Positions 31,001 through 40,000 of a stretch of 64,000 bases of DNA are shown in pieces. This DNA comes from a virus: positions 1 to 64,000 of IMG/VR virus record IMGVR_UViG_3300020451_000152; one strand, 5' to 3'. Each line of letters begins with the position of its first letter. Position 1 is the stretch's first letter. Made by a program: the position numbers and the translations under genes. The notes beneath the pieces are model-generated. The model was given only the letters and a program-made list of their open reading frames with translations, did not search any database and was not told where the DNA came from.

Positions 31001-34000
31001 TGATCTGATTTGTCAGGAGATACTCCAATATTTACTCTAAATGTATTTGTAGTAACATGTGATACCTGTGTCCACTTACCACTATAAGGATCAGTCTCTC
31101 TAGGATATGCATGTGTTGTGCAGTAGTTATCTTTAGCACAAGTAAATGTAACCGAACCAGTCTCAAATCTAACCCAATCACCGTTACTTAGATTGTGATT
31201 AGCAGATGTAACAGTCATGATACCTACAGTACCATCATACTGTGTACCAGTCTCAGCAGTTAATCCTGTATTTGGAACAAAGTGATGTGTAGAAATATTT
31301 GTAGAAGGTTGTGATGCTAAAACTTGGAATGAAATACTATCAGCAGTTGTTGAAGCAATTGAAACTGCAGTATTGTAACCAACAGTGTCAGTTGATCTTG
31401 GATAGTAATGTAGACTTTGATAAGTATCAAGACCACATCTAAATGCAAATGATTCAGGAGATAATCTTATACTTACTCCAGTCATGAAGTTATGATCACC
31501 AATTGTCGCAGTTACTATACCAGCAGTAGGATCGTAGATAGCACTAGAAATACTAAATGGTTCTGCAGTAGACTTACCAACATCAACTGAGAAACTAGTT
31601 GTTGTAATGCCTGTTATAGGTAACCACTTACCACTGACAGGATCAGATGCTCTTGGATATGTCTTAGTTGATGTACCTCCATCCATATCACACTTAAATG
31701 ATATTGAATCATTATCAAACTTGATCCAATCACCATCACCAAGTAATCTACCGCCAGGTACAACTGTTACTGTCATGATACCTGCATTGGCATCATAAGT
31801 TGCACCATTGACAGTTTGCGTATCAATAATATTTCTAGGATAGGTGTGAGTTGATATGTAACTATCTGTATTACATCTAAAGATCAAACCACCTTCTTTC
31901 AGTTTAATATTTGTGCCAGTTGCTAATCCATGCTGACCAATATTAAGATCAAGGAATCCAGTAGTAGGTGTATAAGTTGCAGTAGTAATACTGTAGTTAA
32001 CAATAGGAGATGTTCCTACAGTTATAGCAATACCAGTAGCAGTAGTAGAAGCAACAGATATTGCAGTGTCAAATACAGGATCAGTAATTCTAGGGTAAGA
32101 TTTAGTCTGACTATTACCATCCATATCACACTTGAAGAAGAGTGAATTATCTTTAATCTTGATGCTAGTACCAGCAACAATATTATGATTAGGAATAGTC
32201 ATTGTCATGATGCCAGCATTAGCATCATAGATTGCATTGGTAGGAGTAAATCCTACATTTGTTGTGATACCTACAAACACATCAAAAGTATCTGTAGTAA
32301 CATTCCTTACCTCAAGGAACTTATTATCCGCAGGATCACCTGCTCTTGGATAAGTGTGATTTGTATATTGACCATCCATCTCACATGTAAATGTAAGACC
32401 GTCTGTAGTAATAGCAACTTGACTAGGATCAGTAAATCCATGTGCAGCATCTGTTATGATTGTAGCAATACCACTAATATGATCATATACGAATGATGTT
32501 ATACCAAGAGTATTACCATATCCAGTACATGCAAATTCAAGTCCTTCTAACTTGACAGGATCACCAATTAAGAAACCATGATCACAGTCTGTACTTATTT
32601 CAATAATACCATTAATATTATTGTATGTGGCAGTACTAATACCAATTTTATGTCCTGATGTAGGGACACCTACAATATCAATAATATTACCTGCAGAGTT
32701 TATAACAGGTCTTACTTTCGCACCTACAAATGGAGCATATCCTCTACCTGGCGTAGATGCCACAGAAATTATAATACCACCCCTAGGCAATTGATTTTCG
32801 TTAATATCCCCTATGTCTATAATTGGATCCGTGAATCCAAAGGAACTAATACCAGTAAACTGCACACTAGCAATTCCAGCATTTTCAATTATCTTAAAGT
32901 TTGCATTAACATTATTTTCACTAAATGGTGCTTGGAAGATATTATTGATGAACAATACACCATTACCACCAGTAGTACCAATACCAGTTACGGCAGCACC
33001 AATAGAGGTAAGTGGATAAGTTGTTTCTAACCCATCAAAACTTTCAGATAGATCATCAAACAGTTGGTTCTTACTATAGTCATTTCTTAAGAATGTTCTA
33101 CCACCAAATGTTGCTCTAGCAAAAGGTAGATTATTAGGATTCAAAATACCAGTGTCACCACCAAGAGGTGCTTGAGTAAAATGAACCTGACTGTCTAGAA
33201 TCTGGAATGATCCTCTAAAGAGTCTTACTGTCTCTCCAGCAGCGTGTGGAGTAGCAGCAGTACCAACTGCTCCTCTTTCCACTTCAACGAGTGTCCAAGT
33301 ACCAATACCAACAGCAGGACCAATAGTAGTTGTACCAAATCCAACAGTTTTTACTATGGAATATTCATCTTCAATCTTAAGAAGATCACCAGATGTAATA
33401 GATGAAATACCACTCAATACAAATGCAGTTACAAAACCAGCAACAGGGACATCCAATTCATAACTTATAGATGTATATGATATTGGTTTTTGTACAAGAC
33501 CACTTAGAGATAACATAGATTTAGAATCTCTCTTTCTCATAGAGATTCTATGCTGGTTACCTGCACCAGAATCAGGAACAAAGGTTACTGCAAATCCTGC
33601 TCTAGCATCACTTTCTGATAATGCTAATCTAAACTGTCTGTTATTATCTTTGATACAGTAAACTGTTTCAGGAAGACGAGCAGTACCAACACCTGTATAG
33701 TATACAAGACCAGTTCCAGCAATACCAATAAGGTTAGAATCTGCCTTATAACTTAATTGCTCAAAGTTCATAAAGAAATGTTCTTGCTCAAATCTACCAA
33801 ATCCGTAGTTGATCTGAGAAGGATCAGAAATATTTGTCTCACGAGCATAAACTGGTACGCCTTTATATGTAAGATCAAATGATTTAATATCTCTATTGTT
33901 AATACCTAAGTATGTGTTTTGTGAAACAGATTCATATACTTGACCATAATTTAATTCTCCAACACCATCTAATGTACCATTAGGATCTTTCTCTTTATAA

Positions 34001-37000
34001 AGAATTTCATTATACGCTGTAATACTAACGATACCAGAAACAGAAGGATGGAACTCTAGGTTAAGGTGACCATCTGTTCTGTAGGTAGAACCAAATGTAC
34101 CAACTCCAGTTGTACTTCCAATAGCAGCAACTGCATATTCTGATATGAAAGATTGACTCTTTTCGGGATCAGATAATAAGTATATTTGATGAATTGATTG
34201 TGTCTCACCTATTGCAACATGGACTGTTGATTTTACACTCAAATCTCTAATACTTGCTATACCAACAATTGTTGATATACCTGCTTTTGCTTGACTAGTA
34301 ACTTCTAATCTACCTGTTCTTTCAGTTCCATCGGGTGTGAATGGAATCTTAAATCTATAATTTGTGTTTACTCCAACAGCAGAAGGATCAATAGCAATGG
34401 TCTTAAATTTAACATTTACATTTCTTTGACGACCATTTTCAAAGTTAAGTTTAAGAACACCACTATCAATCTCAGAACTAAATGTACCAATAAACTCAGG
34501 AGCAGATAATCCACTTAAATTTTGCTTAGTATTGAACGCTCCTAACTCAGTCAAATAAGTATCGGTTCCATCATGCATTACTGCATATTCTAGATAATCA
34601 ACTTGTTTTGTAGCAGATGAACCAGCACCAGGATTATCAATCGCTAAGAACTGCACAAGAGCAGCTTTCATGCTTGTAGTTGTTACACCTATAATATTTG
34701 TTGTACTACTAACTCCAAGTGTAGACGCAGCACCTGCCTGAACCAAACCACCATCTAATCTAATATGTCCAAACGCAGTTGTCCCAACACCCACAGAATC
34801 GGCAAAATTAGTCTGTAATGATTTGACTTCATAGTCAGTATCGAATGGTTCATTAGGTCTGAATATAAGTCTTGTTTTTGAGACACCAGCATCATACCGT
34901 GTATCAAATTCAGCATATCCTGTTCCTAAACCAACTTGATCAAAATTCTTAAGTTCTGCCTTCTGCATCAAGAATGTATCTTGATCTAGGGTAATAGAAA
35001 TAAATTCATTTATTTGATAATGATTTTTTCTAGGATCTTCCGCTTTGAAAACAGTTTGGGTTAAGAATCTTTGGAAATACCTTCCTGCAGGATATTGAGC
35101 GACTACTCTAAAATCACTTAGATCATTAGACTCATTAGACACAAATTGAGAACTAATATCGTCAAGATTTAAAACACGGTTAGTTTTGTTTAAAATAAAG
35201 TCAGATAGTCTAGTATTTCTTAATTCTACAAATTTGGAGATATTTCCAACTGATAAGAAGTCTCTAGCAAGGTCATATGGATATATTGAGTCCAGTCTCA
35301 TTGGATCTCCAATAAAGTCAAGAACTAGACCACCAGCATCTTCTGCAGGTTGTATAAAGTCACCAGGTGTACCTTCTGTTACAATCTCAGTATTTGCAAA
35401 GTTTTTAAGTCCAGTTGGGTGTACTATATCATTAACATAGTTAATTAAGTCTTCATATGTCTTAGGACTCTCAATAGCATAAGACATGTTCTGATAGTAG
35501 TCATTATCAGGTAATACTTGATTGGTATCGTTAATAATACCAATATTGTCTCTCCAACCAACTAAAGTCTTAACAGAAGAAGATAAATTAAAACTTCCAT
35601 CAAATTCAGTAATTTGAACAACTCTTGCTTCAGATCCACTTAATTTACCACTCAATACATCAGTAACTTCAATTGGTTCAGCACCACTAACAACTATCCT
35701 TGCACTATTGCCATCAATAAAGTCTAATTGTATATCAGCGTCTGCTTTATTATTTTTCTTGAAAGGTTCATTAGTTATGAATGTAGAATCAATTTTTATT
35801 GCTTCAAATCTAGCAACAAAATCATTTTTAACTAATTGACCAAATCCAAATGATACTGTAGCACCTGTGCCAGGATTTGTACTAATTCCATTTAAATCAA
35901 AGGTTACCTGCCTTGGGTTAACTGCATCATTATAATCTGTTACTGTGAATGGTGCAAATTTATAATCACCCGAATTATATCCATCACCAGATCCAGCATC
36001 AAAAGTTATACCTTCAACTAAGACTGCATCACCAATAGCAAATGGTTCTTCATCATATCCCAAAACAGGAGTACTAATCTTACAAGTTAACACACCTACA
36101 TCGGTCTGTACACTCATAATACTAATACCATTACTATTTCTTATTGGTGCAATGCCAAAATCATTATTTGACAATCCAACAGGTGATACGGAAACTTTTG
36201 CACTTACAACAGCAGAATCACTTAACTCGCAAGTTATAAGACCGTTATCTAAGATCTCACCAGTTGCTTTATCGTACAATGCTAGAGATGGAGCATTAAC
36301 ATAGAATTTACCACCAAAGAGAACATTAACTTGACCAATAGTTGCAAAATTATCAATATCAATTATTCTAGGAATAAATGCATCAGGTTTAAGAGTATTG
36401 TCTGAAGGATATCCATAAACATCTTCAGGAACACGCATTTCTTCCAATCTATTAATAATTGTTGATTCTGGTATTAATGTTGCGTTAATACCATTACCAC
36501 TAATACTAGAAATGCCAGGTAACTTAGAATACCCAAAACCACCACTAACTAGGTTAACAGTAGAGATACCACCAGTTGCATTGCTTGATTGTGTGTCATA
36601 TTCCAATATTTCACAATCAGAATTTTTATACTGTAAACTTTCTGGTGAAGATTTTAGATTAAAGGTAAATTCAGTATTTCCTATTGAAATAACACTATGA
36701 GTCCCATTATAGTTACTATCAACATATTTGATTTCACTTCCATTAATAACTGTTCTATCTGCAGTAGATAATCCGCTAGGACCAAAAACATTGTAATATA
36801 GAGTCTTAATATTATCAGAATAATTTAATTTTACTGTTGGATGACCATCAGAGTCAATTGCAGTGGATGCAATACCAACAGTTGCCAAAGTAGTGACTCC
36901 AACAACTTCAAATCCAAGACTTGTACCAGATCCAACAAATTCATTGAAGAAATTAGTGTCATAGAAGAACTTCAAATCATATCCACTCATGGATGGATGA

Positions 37001-40000
37001 CTCAAATCAAAATTAAGAGTATTATTCTTAAATGGTCTTATTTGAGGGTTAATTGGGTTGATACTCCAACCACCACTACCAGTGCTTGTAAAATCAATAA
37101 CTTCTGGTTTTTTAGCAATTGCTTGTTTTAATGTATCTGCTATTTGTAATGTATCATCATCAATTTTGATTACATAGTATTCTCTTTGCTCTACTCCACC
37201 TGGTAGATTACTTCCATAGTAGTAAACTCTATCACCAGTAATCAATCCATGATTTATTGAAGTAATTCTATTGGTACTAGTGTTAATACCAGATGCAGCA
37301 ACATTTAATGGATTGACAATCAAATAGTCATCAAGTATCTTTAATGCAACAGAAGAAGTTGTTCCAATACCAGTTGTTAGACCAGGTTTTACAATTAGAT
37401 CAATTCTGTCATCATCTTCTAATTCATGACTCTCTGATGTCTGGATAGTTCCAGTAATTCTTTGTGTTTTACCTGTAACTTGTGTATATTGTTTTTCTAG
37501 TAGATAATCATACGCATCACTACCACCACTGATAAAATGCAATTCATTTGATGATTTAGTGGTCTTTAGTCCAATAGTATCATCAGTTTTCCTTACAGCA
37601 TAGACAGTAGATGGTAAAGTAAAGGTTCCAGCATATATTGCTGATGTGGCAACAGATATGTTTGTTCCACCTGAAGGAATACTAAACTCAAGTGTATCAT
37701 TGGTTTTAAAACCATGATTCTCCAAAAATATTGATTGGGTAAGAATAGATCTATCAGCAGTAACTCCAAGATACTGATATGCCTTTGTTATAGTCTGTCC
37801 TACAGTTGTACCAAATCCTACTGCCTCTGATGGGTTGAAAAATACCTTTTCATCGGGATCAGACTCAAAATAATCAGTTCTAACTAAAACTTCGTACTGA
37901 TCAGGAACAAAGGATACTCCAATACCTAATTGACCTGTAGTTGCAACTCCAACTGATCTACGAATTCGTAATACACCATCATCATGATATACATTAAGAA
38001 CTTTAGCAGTTTCTGATCCAATACCAGCAGTTGTACCAAATCCAATAGTAGAACCTATGGATATTGATGCTGGAATAGATTGTACTCTAATATCAGTTAC
38101 AACTCCAACAAATCCATCATCTAAAAGTTTTGTACTAAACTCAATTTGATTAATTATATGACTACCATTCAATTTGTCAACTGCAGTTGATAAACCAGCA
38201 ATAACAATATCATCTTTTAACTTAAGATCATGAGATGGTTGAATATATCCAGTTACCCTATCTGCTCTCCATTTAAATACAGTATTTTCATAATTTAAAA
38301 ATTCTGTAGTAATTTTATTAATAGTTTTGCCAGATAATCTTTCAATATATGCACTTGCACCTGTACCACCAGTATCACTATTATCAAAGATAACATTTGA
38401 TCCAACACTATAACCTGTACCTACTGATGCTATTCTTACACCTGTTATAGGACCAGTTTGAAGTTTATCAGGTCTTGCAACTTGAGAAACAAAATTATAT
38501 GGTTGATATACAAAATCATAACCAGCACCCTCCCCAAACATCTTGTATGGGAATGTATTTCTTACTAATTTGGAATTTTCAAAATCAAATGTTGTTTGCT
38601 TGATTTTTTCACCAGCAACAGTATTAATTCTGATAGGACTTCCTCTAAATGTATCACCAATGTAGTATGGATACTGTGGATCATTATTTACATCTACAGA
38701 AGCATAATATGCATATATTCCATTAGGAAAATCAGGTGTTTTAGCAAATCTACCGTTATGTTCATCTAGATCACCAGAGGTATCATAATAATAGTCTTCA
38801 ATAAATGATCCTGCAGGCCAATCTGCTGTAGAAGGTCTATTATAAACTCTAGTTGAATCTAACTTATAAGATGTCAGTAATTTTCTTGATGAAGACTGAA
38901 TATCATCAATATCATCAAAACCATATGGTCCGTAAATGGGTATACCATCATATGCCCATCCAATAATAGGAGAATGACCACCACCATTGTCATTAAATGA
39001 TTCTCTAATGGTTTTACCATATCCTATTGACTCAACCGCCAAACCATCTTCTACTGGACCTAGATATTCACCATTTGTAGTTCCTGAGGTGGCATACTGG
39101 TTAGTAGATAGTCTTCTAACTCTTGTAGAGAATGTAGCAGCATCACCAGGTGATTTAACACTAACAGTAGTCCCTCCTGCAGTATAACCAATACCTGAAG
39201 ATATTACAATTACACTACCAATAGAATCTCCGTCCATAACAGCACGAAGTTCAGCACCAAATGCAGTTCCTGCTCCAACTACAGATATATCTGGAGGTCC
39301 ATCGTAATCTATACCACCACTTTGTACAAATGCGTCTAAAATTCTACCATTTATTATAGTTAAACCTATCTGACCAAATCTTCCAGATCTAATAGAAACT
39401 GAAGGTGCTTTTTCAAAATTAATTATATCTGAACCATAATTTAGACCTCTATCATACATGATAGTGTCTGTAATAGTACCACGAACTATTGGTGTTACAT
39501 TTAATGTTAATTGAGAGTCTAAATTAGTGATAACATTAAGATCAACTGTTACAGGAGGATAGAAGAAGTCCTGATAATCAGATCCTGAATCACCAAATCT
39601 TATATACTCTTTATTAGAGTAATTTGTAGTATTTGGAACTCTAGCAGTAGCGACACCTGACTCACACAGTCTAAATTTGTCAGTATCAATAGTTAATACC
39701 TGATATTGTGCGGTAGTTGATAATCCACTAATAACAGTTCCCCCAGTAGAAGAAATTCCGTAATGAACTACTTCTCCATCTTTGAATCCGTGGTTATCAA
39801 ACTGGATAAAATCTCGTGCTGTACTAATACCTGCAGGTAAGACTGATATCTTCCTGTTAGCATATCCTTCTCCACCATCGAGAACAGTAACACGAGAAAT
39901 TCTTCTCTTTGTTTCAAAATCCCTAAAAGCGTGAATTCCTGAATTTAGGTTAACAGCATCTGTGTTAAACCCAACAGTATTTACTCCAGCAACAGAGTCT

